From positions 64,001 to 128,000 of IMG/VR virus record IMGVR_UViG_3300031951_000015: a DNA stretch of 64,000 nucleotides. One strand, given 5' to 3'. The notes under the pieces are model-generated. The model ran no database searches, was not told where the DNA came from, and was given only the letters and a program-made list of their open reading frames with translations. The stretch comes from a virus. Position 1 is the stretch's first letter. Each line of letters opens with the position of its first letter. Shown here piece by piece: positions 27,047-36,823 of the stretch. A program made the translations under genes and the position numbers.

Positions 27047-27328
27047 TAGGAGCGGCGAGACTTGAACTCGCATAGCCGAAGCCGACGGATTTTCTTACCA
27101 CTACGACTTTCGCCGCCTCATAGAGTTTGTGGTCTGGACTATACCTTCACCATATCTTGTGATTTAGGTGCTCCCCGTCTAGTCTCTACACCTTCATCTT
27201 TCGATGCTTGGCTCGGTATTGCCATTTTACAGGTTTCACCGAATTTGAGGAGTTACACTCATGAGGTTTCCCAAATGAGGCTCAATTTTACATAAGTCCG
27301 TTGTGTCTACCAATTCCACCACGCTCCC
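27047..27328 (-). tRNA. trnL: tRNA-Leu(UAA) interrupted by a group I intron
   Basis: 5' exon GGGAGCGTGGTGGAATTGGTAGACACAACGGACTT (27328-27294) + 3' exon AAAATCCGTCGG...GCGAGTTCAAGTCTCGCCGCTCCTA (27093-27047); anticodon stem ACGGA/TCCGT. Confidence 0.9.
27094..27293 (-). ncRNA. Group I intron (trnL-UAA type), 200 nt, no ORF
   Basis: Inserted after U34, ends in G; ATTGAGCC internal guide, AAATTCGGTGAAACC, GGCAATACCGAGCCAAG, GTGTAGAGACTAGACGG, AAGGTATAGTCC core elements. Confidence 0.88.
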
Positions 27329-27341
27329 GTGATGTGAGACC

Positions 27342-27370
27342 ATTATAACTCAAAGAGTTGTAGTGGTCAA
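27342..27370 (-). promoter_or_regulatory. sigma70 promoter TTGACC-N17-TATAAT for tRNA-Leu
   Basis: ggtcaa 27365-27370; attata 27342-27347. Confidence 0.7.
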
Positions 27371-27371
27371 G

Positions 27372-27445
27372 TGCAGGTTGTGGGGATCGAACCCACCTTA
27401 GCCGAATTATGAGTTCGGTGCTTTCAACCAGAGAGCTAAACCTGC
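27372..27445 (-). tRNA. tRNA with CAU anticodon (Met, or Ile2 if lysidine-modified)
   Basis: GCAGGTT acceptor stem, CCGAA-CTCATAA-TTCGG, GGTTCGATCCC T-arm. Confidence 0.88.
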
Positions 27446-27449
27446 ACGA

Positions 27450-27521
27450 TGGGAACAGCGGGAGTTGAACCCGCGCTAAGCACTTATAAGGTGCCCGCTC
27501 TAACCATTAAGCTATGCTCCC
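27450..27521 (-). tRNA. tRNA-Ile(UAU)
   Basis: GGGAGCA acceptor stem, GGCAC-CTTATAA-GTGCT, GGTTCAACTCC T-arm. Confidence 0.88.
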
Positions 27522-27538
27522 ATAAAAAACTCAGAGTA

Positions 27539-27712
27539 TCACTGAGCTTCGTTGTTTAATTCAGTGTGTATTCGTATCAGATCGTCGTCTGCGGGCATCA
27601 TTACTGCTGCCTTTCCATTCTCATCCACAATACCTAAAGTTTCTCCATTTTCAACTCGTCCCATCAGTTCATCAAACCTCTCTTGAAACTCTTCCACTGT
27701 GAAAATTTCCAT
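27539..27712 (-). CDS. Phd/YefM antitoxin-like small protein (57 aa)
   Basis: Manual translation MEIFTVEEFQERFDELMGRVENGETLGIVDENGKAAVMMP...; Phd-fold pattern. Confidence 0.65.
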   Translation of the reverse strand: MEIFTVEEFQERFDELMGRVENGETLGIVDENGKAAVMMPADDDLIRIHTELNNEAQ

Positions 27713-27734
27713 TTCCGATATTTATATTATAGCA

Positions 27735-27935
27735 TCACTCGCCATAAACTGCAAGGTCTGCGTATTCAATTTGATCGGGTTCAAGATTAGCAGTGACAAC
27801 TTCAAGGACGTTCATAAACTCTTGAACAGTATCACATTCTACCAGACGCTCGTTGCCTTGATCACTCAGGAGCAAGAAGGTACGACTGCATACATCAATT
27901 ACAATGCCCTGTACGGTCTCTTGTGCAGTGCTCAT
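27735..27935 (-). CDS. Conserved cyanophage hypothetical protein
   Basis: ORF track; TTGACA-N17-TATAAT promoter at 27961-27989. Confidence 0.75.
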   Translation of the reverse strand: MSTAQETVQGIVIDVCSRTFLLLSDQGNERLVECDTVQEFMNVLEVVTANLEPDQIEYADLAVYGE

Positions 27936-27996
27936 GGGGTGTTCCGTTGATTACCCCCATATTATAGGGGGTCTTGGTGCTGGTGTCAAGAGGTCT

Positions 27997-28674
27997 TTAA
28001 GAGTAATTTTTAATTACACCAATGGACCCAACGATTCTTGTGTTTTCTTCTTGAAGATCTTTAATTGTAAAATTCTGCCCATATCTCTCAAACTCATATT
28101 CTCTTCTTTCAGTTTTAATTTGATTTGAGCTAGTAATTAAACTTGTTAGTTCACTTCTTAAAGATACAATTTGCGATTGCTTTGATGTTATAGATGATGC
28201 GTGTGAGACGCAAACTGAAGATGTACAAGGTATTCTGTAACAAGAAGACAAGTTACCATATAAACTTCCGATTCCAGACTGTGTAGAATCATTTTGTGTG
28301 TAAACTAACCACGTACCTATACCTACATTTGATGTGACCAAAAATGTGCTAGTACTATCAAAAGGATCTTCACCGTTATAAGTTGGTGAGGACATATTTT
28401 CACTATAAACTCTTACAACATCAGGAAAAACAGTTGAAACGCCAACAGTTGTTCCACACCCAACAGCATATGCATTTTGTGAAAGAGATACTATTTCCGT
28501 TTGAAGAACAACTATTGATGCTGCAATAGAAACTATCTTTTTATCAATGTTTGTACAAGGGGGTGAAAATGATTCGATGCTTTCTTGCGATTCTCCTTTA
28601 CTCTCATTGAGGAAAGAGATTGCATCCGTATTTGCAGATAATTTTTCACTTAATATTTCACTTAGAAATTTCAT
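27997..28674 (-). CDS. Putative structural protein
   Basis: ORF in tail operon, coiled-coil ends. Confidence 0.7.
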   Translation of the reverse strand: MKFLSEILSEKLSANTDAISFLNESKGESQESIESFSPPCTNIDKKIVSIAASIVVLQTEIVSLSQNAYAVGCGTTVGVSTVFPDVVRVYSENMSSPTYNGEDPFDSTSTFLVTSNVGIGTWLVYTQNDSTQSGIGSLYGNLSSCYRIPCTSSVCVSHASSITSKQSQIVSLRSELTSLITSSNQIKTERREYEFERYGQNFTIKDLQEENTRIVGSIGVIKNYS

Positions 28675-29332
28675 TTATTTTCTCCTTCAGTTCTTCAATT
28701 TGTTTTTGTTGTTCTTTAATTGCTTCAATTAAAAGACCGACAATGTTTCCATATTGGACACCTTTGTATCCATCAGGATTTTCTCCAACAACTTCTGGTA
28801 TGATTTGTTCAACTTCTTGTGCAATAACTCCAATTTGTGGTTGTTTAGTTTCTTTAAAGTCAAAAGATACTCCACGAAGAGCAGAAACTTTATCTAGTGC
28901 ATTTTCAATTGTATGAACATTTTCTTTGAGTCGTATGTCGGAAGTTGGGAGTTTCTTACCTAATGCAAGTTCTGCTTCTAGATCCTTACCATTAATTCTA
29001 ACCTTTCCAAAAAAATTAGTTCTACCAATAACGGTTAATCTTCCAGATATGTAACTTAGTCCAAATAGATAAACTCCAGAAAAATTCAGAATTTTTCCCC
29101 TAGTTCCTATAATATTTGGAGGTGCTTTTAAATTAAATGGATTTTTAAGCATCCATAAATTTCCACAAACAGCTTGCTCACCAAGAATTAAAGAATTACT
29201 TTGTCCTATTAACTGCCCAGTGACTTTTACATTTTGATTAAAAGTGCTATTATCGTGATAAAATTTTTCTTTACCTTTTTCAGGAAGAGTTGGAAATCCA
29301 ATTAAACTGAATAAAGTATTTACTACTGACAT
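28658..29332 (-). CDS. Short spike/fibre protein with peptidase S74 chaperone domain
   Basis: SDIRLKENV...LRGVSF...GVIAQEVE...LLIEAIKEQQ. Confidence 0.8.
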   Translation of the reverse strand: MSVVNTLFSLIGFPTLPEKGKEKFYHDNSTFNQNVKVTGQLIGQSNSLILGEQAVCGNLWMLKNPFNLKAPPNIIGTRGKILNFSGVYLFGLSYISGRLTVIGRTNFFGKVRINGKDLEAELALGKKLPTSDIRLKENVHTIENALDKVSALRGVSFDFKETKQPQIGVIAQEVEQIIPEVVGENPDGYKGVQYGNIVGLLIEAIKEQQKQIEELKEKINEISK

Positions 29333-29898
29333 TAACCTACTCCTACAATTGCTTTAATTGCGCCAATTACATTTAATCCACCAACAAACACATCAGTAAT
29401 ATATTCATTTCCTACAGGTGAGAGTGAGAATGCTCTCTTTCCAAAAGAGTCAAGAATAGCATTACCAGTCAGTGCTACTTGATCTATTTTGTTTGCTTTC
29501 ATAATAATGCGACCAGATCCTGATATTGCATTAATATTTCTACCCGCTTTTAAATCTAAATCTTCTACTGCCTCAATCATAATAGTTTTTCCTTTGATCT
29601 TCACTGTACCATTACTCATTGCAGTGATACAAATATCTCCACCCATTCCAGTGAGACAAATATCAACATTTCCCTCAGATCCTGTATTTCCAGCGACGAT
29701 TTCAATTCCTTTATCATTTAAAATCTTATAAGACCCTGTTTCAGTAAAAGTCTGCAAATGAACATCATTATCATTTGTATAAGCATACATGTGATAAACA
29801 GATGTTCCATCCATTCCCATTAAGGGATCATTTGTAGTAATTCTAAATTTTGGTCCTACACTAATATAATCTCTTGCTTCGTAATTTCTATGAGTCAT
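29332..29898 (-). CDS. Baseplate spike beta-helix protein (gp5 C-terminal-like)
   Basis: Beta-repeat pattern GDICITA..G.VKIKGK.I.IEA...DLKAG; follows gp5. Confidence 0.65.
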   Translation of the reverse strand: MTHRNYEARDYISVGPKFRITTNDPLMGMDGTSVYHMYAYTNDNDVHLQTFTETGSYKILNDKGIEIVAGNTGSEGNVDICLTGMGGDICITAMSNGTVKIKGKTIMIEAVEDLDLKAGRNINAISGSGRIIMKANKIDQVALTGNAILDSFGKRAFSLSPVGNEYITDVFVGGLNVIGAIKAIVGVG

Positions 29899-29899
29899 T

Positions 29900-31930
29900 T
29901 TATGTTGGACAATCTATTGATGTTTGAATACCTACTTTATCTCTAATTGTTTGTTGAGATATTGTACCAAGAATTGGTTTCAAGATAGCACCAAATCCAG
30001 TGTCTGAGTTAACTGTAATTACAGGAATATCAGAAACCTCCAAAATATTTAGAGGTGTTGCCGAAAGTATTCTACCATTATCAACTGTTAAACTATAAGT
30101 ATTTCCAAGATTATCGGTTGCAGTATCATTGTTAGAGTATTCTAATCCAGCAGTTTGTACTATAACATCAGTAACACCATAAGCATCTTGATTTTGCACT
30201 AATGGATATCCTTCACCAGAAGATAGCATATAAATTGCAGTTACTTCTCCAGCATCATTGATTACTGCTCTACCTTTTGCACCATATCCTAATCCACAAC
30301 TATCACTAAATTCAACAAAGGGTGGAAACCGATATCCAGAACCAGGATTTGTAACTACAGATCCAATAATACTTGCAGTCTGTGTTACATTATTGATTGC
30401 ATTTATGAGTGGATTTCTAGCACCAAGAATGGCAATTGCTGTTGCTCCAGATCCTCCTCCACCAAAAATGTTAATTGTAGGAGAACCACAAGTCGCTGGG
30501 AATGTTGGAATACACTCACCCAATCCGTTGACAGCATCCTGTAAGATATCGTTTGAGAATACATCTGCAATTCCTGCAACACCTTCAACTGCAGAAGTTA
30601 CATCTCCAACAACACTACCAATAGTGTTTGCAATATCAAAAATACTATTAAATGATTCTAGAGGATCTATACTACTCTTTGGACCAACTCCAACTACCCA
30701 TTCTTTAGTTCCATCACACTTATTATTGCTTTGATTACAGTCAAAGAGACCACCAGATCCACTAAATAAATCTTTTGCACTTTTAATAAAATCAACAACA
30801 CTAAAAACACCACCCAATAAAGCAGAAATACCATCTAAAGCAGAAGATAATCCATCAGCAATCGCATCGGTAATTGTATTAATAAGAGATCCGATGAATT
30901 GCTCTGCTATACAAGTTACAAATCTTTCAACATTTTCGAGAAGTGATTCAAGTAACTGAATAATCAAATCTTTAAGACCCTCAACAATTGCATTTGCGAC
31001 ACAAGAAAGTGCTTCTTCTAGAACTTTAATCGGAATTACAAAAACTTCATTAGACTTATATCCTGCAGTATGTGCTGCTGCTGGACTACCAGTTGCAGCA
31101 AGAACTGACCCATAAACACTAATATACAGTGCTTGTAATGCTTTTGGAATAATTCCTGGATTTTTCTCATCACCAACTAGATACTCATAAATTATATTAA
31201 AAATTTCACCAACTAACCAGTTGACTGCACCTTTAATTACCTCAGCAGTATTTTGAATTGCCTGTTTAAAATCAGAAATTTTTCCTTGGGCATCTTGTAT
31301 ATCTTTAAGTAAATTATCAACTTCGGATTTTACTGTTTTAATTGTTGTATCTTCACAAGTATCGGCAAATACAACTTTTTTTCCAATACCACTATAAGCA
31401 GATATTTCTTTTAATCTTGCTGCTACTTCTGGAGGAACTGCTCTTGGACTTTTTTGAGATTGCTCTGTTGCTTCATTTGATTCATCAGATTCTATTCTAC
31501 CAGTTCCTTTTGGACTTTTTACTCTAGATGTGTGTCCAGTAAAAGGAGTAAAAGGATTTTTATATTCGGCAGTTGACCAATCACTTGTATGACCAAGTGT
31601 TCCCATAATAACTGGGATTTGTGCATTATCACCATCCATGAAAAATCCAATGACCATATCGCCAGGTCTTATTTTTGGATTTACTGCATACTTTGCTGCA
31701 CCACTTCCAGTAGTAGTTGGGAACATAACCTGCGCCCATGGAAGATCATCATTTGATAATTCAGAAACGTCTAAAGGATGGTATCCTATAATTCTAACTT
31801 TGTATCTGTATCCCCATCCACCACCATTTGCTTGCTCTTCCCACGATTCTACCGGTGCAATTTGACCTAACCACCAACGAAAACCGTCTCTACCAATAAA
31901 ATGACTTTGAAGTAATGATTGATCTAACAT
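29900..31930 (-). CDS. gp5: Baseplate hub/central spike gp5-like (OB-fold; no lysozyme domain evident)
   Basis: FRWWLGQ...RYKVRIIGYH...LPWA...GFFMDG..AQ.PVIMG gp5 N-terminal signature. Confidence 0.85.
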   Translation of the reverse strand: MLDQSLLQSHFIGRDGFRWWLGQIAPVESWEEQANGGGWGYRYKVRIIGYHPLDVSELSNDDLPWAQVMFPTTTGSGAAKYAVNPKIRPGDMVIGFFMDGDNAQIPVIMGTLGHTSDWSTAEYKNPFTPFTGHTSRVKSPKGTGRIESDESNEATEQSQKSPRAVPPEVAARLKEISAYSGIGKKVVFADTCEDTTIKTVKSEVDNLLKDIQDAQGKISDFKQAIQNTAEVIKGAVNWLVGEIFNIIYEYLVGDEKNPGIIPKALQALYISVYGSVLAATGSPAAAHTAGYKSNEVFVIPIKVLEEALSCVANAIVEGLKDLIIQLLESLLENVERFVTCIAEQFIGSLINTITDAIADGLSSALDGISALLGGVFSVVDFIKSAKDLFSGSGGLFDCNQSNNKCDGTKEWVVGVGPKSSIDPLESFNSIFDIANTIGSVVGDVTSAVEGVAGIADVFSNDILQDAVNGLGECIPTFPATCGSPTINIFGGGGSGATAIAILGARNPLINAINNVTQTASIIGSVVTNPGSGYRFPPFVEFSDSCGLGYGAKGRAVINDAGEVTAIYMLSSGEGYPLVQNQDAYGVTDVIVQTAGLEYSNNDTATDNLGNTYSLTVDNGRILSATPLNILEVSDIPVITVNSDTGFGAILKPILGTISQQTIRDKVGIQTSIDCPT

Positions 31931-33277
31931 TTACGTTTTTCTTGCCTCTACATTGACTCCAAATGTATCACGAATGAGTTTCATAGATGTATATGAATTC
32001 TCAACATCAAAATGATGACATAGTTCTTTAATCATATATAGACCACTTGTTTCAGGGTCAAATTCTTTTGCATTTGATTGAGTGATTTTTGGAAAGTTGC
32101 ATTCAATGATATCACCAGCTTTTAGATTTGTATTTGACGGTACAACAATATTAACAACCTGAGTAAACAATGTGTTATATCTCATGAGTGATTGTGATTG
32201 ATAATCTATTGGATCTGCATTTAGATTTTTAGATACATCTTTTTCCATTGTTCCAACATCTAAAATTCCAGTGATAATTCTAGTTGGAATATCTCCAAGA
32301 GTTTGACTTGAATTATTATCTAATCTTGGAAGATTAAATGATTTTCTTCCAAGATTACTTGTTTTTCGATCATAATTACTTTGTTTGAATACTTCTTTAC
32401 CTGGAGATGTGATTGTTCCATTTAATGGATTAAAGAAAATTCTATAATTTGCATAAGTTCCTAAACGAAGTTTTTCAAGTAAATTTTGATTTTTATCAAC
32501 ATAGTAATTCAAAATTTTAAAATCATTATTTACTTTTTTATCATTCTCATCATAAGATGTTTGAGATTCTGTATAAGTATAAGTTGCTTTTGGACTTTGT
32601 TTCATTAGTTCATCAAGAGATCTAAATTGAAACCCATCTTGAGTTTGATAGAAGACAAAACCAGCAGTAGCACTTCCAGAACTTTCAGGAACTGCTTTTG
32701 ATGCTAACCAAACTAAAACTGTAAATGGTTTTCTTAGATTGCCAATGAAACCATATTTGTTAGATGAAGGATTTATTGTTCCTAATTTATTTGTTTTTAA
32801 TGTATCCCTTAAAATTGCCGATACAGAATCACTAATTCTTAAAGAAGTTGGAAATTTTTTAGAAACTCTTACTGTTTCATTCGTGATTGCTTCTCTTGAT
32901 ACTAAATGCAAAGTAAATGTTTCTCTGTTTGTTTCAGATATTACATCAGTGATGCTTGAAACATAAAAATAGTCATCTGCTTTCTTAGAAAAATTTAATC
33001 CTGGATTTGTTGCTGAGTTGCCAGCGATATTTAAAGAAACCCTTTCTCCCCCACGAAGAGGAAGACCATTATAAATTGACTGCTTATCCCCACTTTTACC
33101 ATCTGCTGGTGTGATAACATTTCCATTATCAATGACTTTAAGTTTTGCAGTGATTGTTGGTGAAAAAATATCTTCATAATACTCAAATAAAATAGCACCA
33201 GTTATTAGATCAATCGTTCTTGATCCGTCATTTGATTCTAAAATAAGTTCATTGTATAAGGACTTTTTAATTGACAT
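31931..33277 (-). CDS. Baseplate hub protein (gp27-like)
   Basis: YYEDIFSPTITA, FYQT.DGF.F.S, L.AGD.I...P, SGLY.I..LCHHF; position next to gp5. Confidence 0.7.
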   Translation of the reverse strand: MSIKKSLYNELILESNDGSRTIDLITGAILFEYYEDIFSPTITAKLKVIDNGNVITPADGKSGDKQSIYNGLPLRGGERVSLNIAGNSATNPGLNFSKKADDYFYVSSITDVISETNRETFTLHLVSREAITNETVRVSKKFPTSLRISDSVSAILRDTLKTNKLGTINPSSNKYGFIGNLRKPFTVLVWLASKAVPESSGSATAGFVFYQTQDGFQFRSLDELMKQSPKATYTYTESQTSYDENDKKVNNDFKILNYYVDKNQNLLEKLRLGTYANYRIFFNPLNGTITSPGKEVFKQSNYDRKTSNLGRKSFNLPRLDNNSSQTLGDIPTRIITGILDVGTMEKDVSKNLNADPIDYQSQSLMRYNTLFTQVVNIVVPSNTNLKAGDIIECNFPKITQSNAKEFDPETSGLYMIKELCHHFDVENSYTSMKLIRDTFGVNVEARKT

Positions 33278-35205
33278 TATAGATACGCCAGATCGAGCAA
33301 GAGTTTGTTCTTAATAAAATTATTTAACAGTTTAAATTCGGTGATTGTTGGAGTAACTGTAGGTTGTTGAGATGGGTATGATACTTGTGGTGCTTGTGCC
33401 TGTGGTTGTGTATCATCAATGAATATTATTTGTGATCCTTTTCTTTCGGGAGTCATTGCCGCTGGTTGTCCCATTCGTGAAGATGGGAAAGAAATTTGTG
33501 CGGGTGGAGTACTAGGTTGTGATGTTATTGCTCCAGGTTTAGCATATTTTAAAGGGTGTCTTTTTAACCAGGATCCTGGATCTTCAAAAGAAGTAAACTG
33601 CCCATTACTTTGTGGAGGATTATTTGAGATTTCCCAGTGTAAATGTGGTCCAGTTGATTCACCTGTGCTTCCAACATAACCCATCAAAGTTCCCTGATTA
33701 ATAACTTGTCCAACACTTACAGAAGGACGATTTCTCATATGACCAAAGAAATGATATGCACCATACATATCATCTTGCCAAACAACCCAGTTTCCGTAAC
33801 CAGCAGAAGATGCAGTTCCATCTATACCAATATGAGTTACTTTTCCAGGAAAATATGCATATAAAGGAGTTCCACTAGCAGCAGCAATATCATATCCTTT
33901 ATGTTGTTTTCCCCATCTCATTCCTTTTCCTGAGGTTATTGTTGCTCCAGAACCAGGTTTAAATGGACTATATGGAACACTTAAAGGTTTATTACCCATT
34001 GATGCACCACTTGTTCCAGTTACAGGTGTAAAACTTGTTGCTAAAGGAGTTTGTGGAGTAACCGATGGTTTTTGTGGTTGTCCTGATGAAGGTTTAAAGT
34101 TTTTAATAAATTGATTGTGTTTTCTTCTCCGTTCAGCATAAACTCCTTTAGATGGATTCTCCCATTGTATCATCCAGTCATCTGCCGCCTCTTCTGGAGT
34201 ATTAAACTGTTTTCTTAAATATAATGGAGTATTTGGATCATTCTTTATTGCAAAATCAACTTGTCCTTTCCAATTAGTTTTATAATCAGGAACTGCTTTT
34301 AAAAATGCGTTTTTTCTTGACGGAAAAGAATATTGAAATAATCCAACACCAGATTTTGTCCCACCTTTTTCAGTAACTCCAATTTGAAATCCACTTTCTC
34401 CTTGTATATTTGCCAAAATACCAAGTGCATGAATATGGGGCACTCCCAACTGTCTTAAATATGAATAAACTGCCTGAGGACTTACTGTTCCACTACTAGC
34501 AGTATCTTCTTCAGGAAACATAGTATCAGGTCTTTCTTCATCAAGAGCAGGTGCTTGTTCTCCGGTTTCTACAGATTCATTAAGTGGTGTGGTAAAAAGT
34601 CTGAATGTTTCTGTAATTTCATCACCTAAACCTTGAACTGCAAGATTAAGTTCATCAAAAGATTGTGCAACACTTCCCTCACTAAACGAATTAAAATCAA
34701 GTGTAATAATTGCATTGAATGAATTCTCTAAAACAGATCCAAATGATTTGATAATATTTTGCATATTACCGACCATATTATACATCGTTCTACCAAATAT
34801 CTGAATTCTAGTTACAAACTCTTGACCCATAAAAATCCAAGTCGGTAGATTTTCTACAATCCATCCAGCAGTTATAAATCCTAAAAATCCAACCAATCTC
34901 CCTAAAGGTCCCTTATCACTTCTCCCTGCAAAGGCAAGTCCTCTTGAAGGAGATGTTGATACTCTAGAAGATTCTAACTGATCCTCAATTTCTTGTCTTT
35001 TTGCTGCTTCTCTTCTTCTAGATTCAATAAGTTGAGTATTTGCAAATAATTCTCTTTTAACTCTAGTATTTGTCGCAATAATTTTAGAGATATTACTAAC
35101 AGAATCATTAACAGAAGAAACACTTCTCTTTGTTTCAAACAAAGATTTAGAAATATTGGTAATATTAATTGATGATGTTCTAAGTGAATCTGATATTGAT
35201 GCCAT
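33277..35205 (-). CDS. Tail-associated muralytic protein: phage tail lysozyme + M23 peptidase
   Basis: GILANIQGESGF...GLFQ lysozyme motif; HKGYD, GYGN, STGPHLHWE M23 motifs. Confidence 0.88.
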   Translation of the reverse strand: MASISDSLRTSSINITNISKSLFETKRSVSSVNDSVSNISKIIATNTRVKRELFANTQLIESRRREAAKRQEIEDQLESSRVSTSPSRGLAFAGRSDKGPLGRLVGFLGFITAGWIVENLPTWIFMGQEFVTRIQIFGRTMYNMVGNMQNIIKSFGSVLENSFNAIITLDFNSFSEGSVAQSFDELNLAVQGLGDEITETFRLFTTPLNESVETGEQAPALDEERPDTMFPEEDTASSGTVSPQAVYSYLRQLGVPHIHALGILANIQGESGFQIGVTEKGGTKSGVGLFQYSFPSRKNAFLKAVPDYKTNWKGQVDFAIKNDPNTPLYLRKQFNTPEEAADDWMIQWENPSKGVYAERRRKHNQFIKNFKPSSGQPQKPSVTPQTPLATSFTPVTGTSGASMGNKPLSVPYSPFKPGSGATITSGKGMRWGKQHKGYDIAAASGTPLYAYFPGKVTHIGIDGTASSAGYGNWVVWQDDMYGAYHFFGHMRNRPSVSVGQVINQGTLMGYVGSTGESTGPHLHWEISNNPPQSNGQFTSFEDPGSWLKRHPLKYAKPGAITSQPSTPPAQISFPSSRMGQPAAMTPERKGSQIIFIDDTQPQAQAPQVSYPSQQPTVTPTITEFKLLNNFIKNKLLLDLAYL

Positions 35206-35206
35206 C

Positions 35207-36823
35207 TTATGTTACCACATTATAATTTAACTGAGAATATAAAACATAAAAATTATCAGGATTTGCAGAGTTAATCAAAGGAACATCAGATAATGCTCCA
35301 CTTGTCAATGGAACATTTGCTTGTTGATTAGCATTATTTGATGATTTAATCATTGTTATTGATGGTTGTGGTTCTGGCAACTGACCAACCTGTGTTGGTG
35401 GTTTTGCAGGTGGTGTAACTTCTGCTGGAGATGCTACAACAGCATCTGGCAATCTCATTTCGGACCAATTGTATCCTTTAGATGCTGCCCAAGATTTTGC
35501 TTGTTGCTTTTCTTCTGGAGTCATTTTACTCCATGCATCTTCAATTCTCCCTCTTGCAAAGGGATTATTTCTATATTGCCATGCCTGTTCAAATTTTGAA
35601 ACCATTTCTGGACTTGGAGCAGATGGCATCATGGTAGTTTGTGGTTGCACTGCAGCAGGAGCAGGTGCTGGTGCGGCCGCAGGTGCAGGTTCTGCTGCTG
35701 GTTTTGGAGATTCTTTTGGTTTTTCTTCTGCTGCTGGTTTTAGAGATTCTTTAGGTTTTTCTTCTGTTAAAATTCTAGTATTTGTTTCAGTTTTTCCAAA
35801 AAACTTATCATAAATTTCTTTTCCAAACTTTTGACCTGGACCATATGCAAGAGCACCAGAAATAAGTCCTGTTCCTGGAATAGGTATTAAAGATCCTAAA
35901 CCAAAAGCGGCAGCAGAAGTAATCATACCGCTCGTGGCACCTGCAACTGCTCTGGCAGGATTTTCTCCTCCAGCAATGTCAAGTCCTGTCATCAATGCAC
36001 CAATTGCAATATTACTTCTTACATTAAGACCACTACCAGGTTTTGGTCCAGCAGGTTTTGGTCCAGCAGGCTTTGGACCGCCAATACGAGGGAGTAATGC
36101 TGCTGCAATTGCTAAAGGTTTTGCAATTAATAATCTTGTTAATCCAAAAGCAATTCTACCAATTGTATTTTTAACAATCGAAAATCCTGCACGAATTGCT
36201 AGTAAACCACCACCAATGATTGCAAGATTTTTAATAATATTAAATTTAATATTATTAAAGAGACTTGTATTCTTATCTTCAGATGCTTGTATTGCTTGGA
36301 CAACTTGATTTGTTAACCAACCACCAAATAAAATTCCAAGTGCAGCACCAATTCTACCAAAGACATCATCTACCTTTGGAGTTAATTTCTGAACTGGAGT
36401 AACAAGAGCATTTTGTATCTTTTGCTCTAATTCATTCTCTTTACCAATTCTAACTTGTTGTTCTGCTAATCTTCTTTCTTTCTCTTGTTCTGCTCTTGTT
36501 CTAGATATTTCTTCAGCATTATCTTGTTGGAGAAGTGTTGCAATGCTTGCAAGACCTGTTCCTAACTTACCAATATCAGATCTTAATGCTTGAATATTAG
36601 AATTAAATCCTAAGAGTGCTTGCTCTTGAGACTGAATCACTCTAACATTCTGGTTATCAATTTCTCTTTTTCTATTTTCAGATTCTATTAATTGATTTCT
36701 GAAAACAGATTGATCAATTATTGATTTCTTTAAAAGTGCATTTCTAACTTCTTGAGACAGAGGAGATCCCGTGCCTGGATCTATTCCAGATCTACCAACT
36801 TTTTCGGGATCTAACTCAGCCAT
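35207..36823 (-). CDS. Baseplate hub/tape-measure-like protein
   Basis: Coiled coil, TM-like segments, Pro/Ala repeats; follows gp51. Confidence 0.6.
   Translation of the reverse strand: MAELDPEKVGRSGIDPGTGSPLSQEVRNALLKKSIIDQSVFRNQLIESENRKREIDNQNVRVIQSQEQALLGFNSNIQALRSDIGKLGTGLASIATLLQQDNAEEISRTRAEQEKERRLAEQQVRIGKENELEQKIQNALVTPVQKLTPKVDDVFGRIGAALGILFGGWLTNQVVQAIQASEDKNTSLFNNIKFNIIKNLAIIGGGLLAIRAGFSIVKNTIGRIAFGLTRLLIAKPLAIAAALLPRIGGPKPAGPKPAGPKPGSGLNVRSNIAIGALMTGLDIAGGENPARAVAGATSGMITSAAAFGLGSLIPIPGTGLISGALAYGPGQKFGKEIYDKFFGKTETNTRILTEEKPKESLKPAAEEKPKESPKPAAEPAPAAAPAPAPAAVQPQTTMMPSAPSPEMVSKFEQAWQYRNNPFARGRIEDAWSKMTPEEKQQAKSWAASKGYNWSEMRLPDAVVASPAEVTPPAKPPTQVGQLPEPQPSITMIKSSNNANQQANVPLTSGALSDVPLINSANPDNFYVLYSQLNYNVVT

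Noticed and set aside
26708-27295. ORF-track start at 27073 and plus-strand ORF 27062..27295 as an intron-encoded protein
   Set aside because: Both overlap the tRNA-Leu exon and intron; the latter is antisense and has no endonuclease motifs
35650-36080. Short tandem repeats (KPAGP x3, EEKPKES x2, PAPA)
   Set aside because: In-frame low-complexity linker repeats, not an array or mobile element
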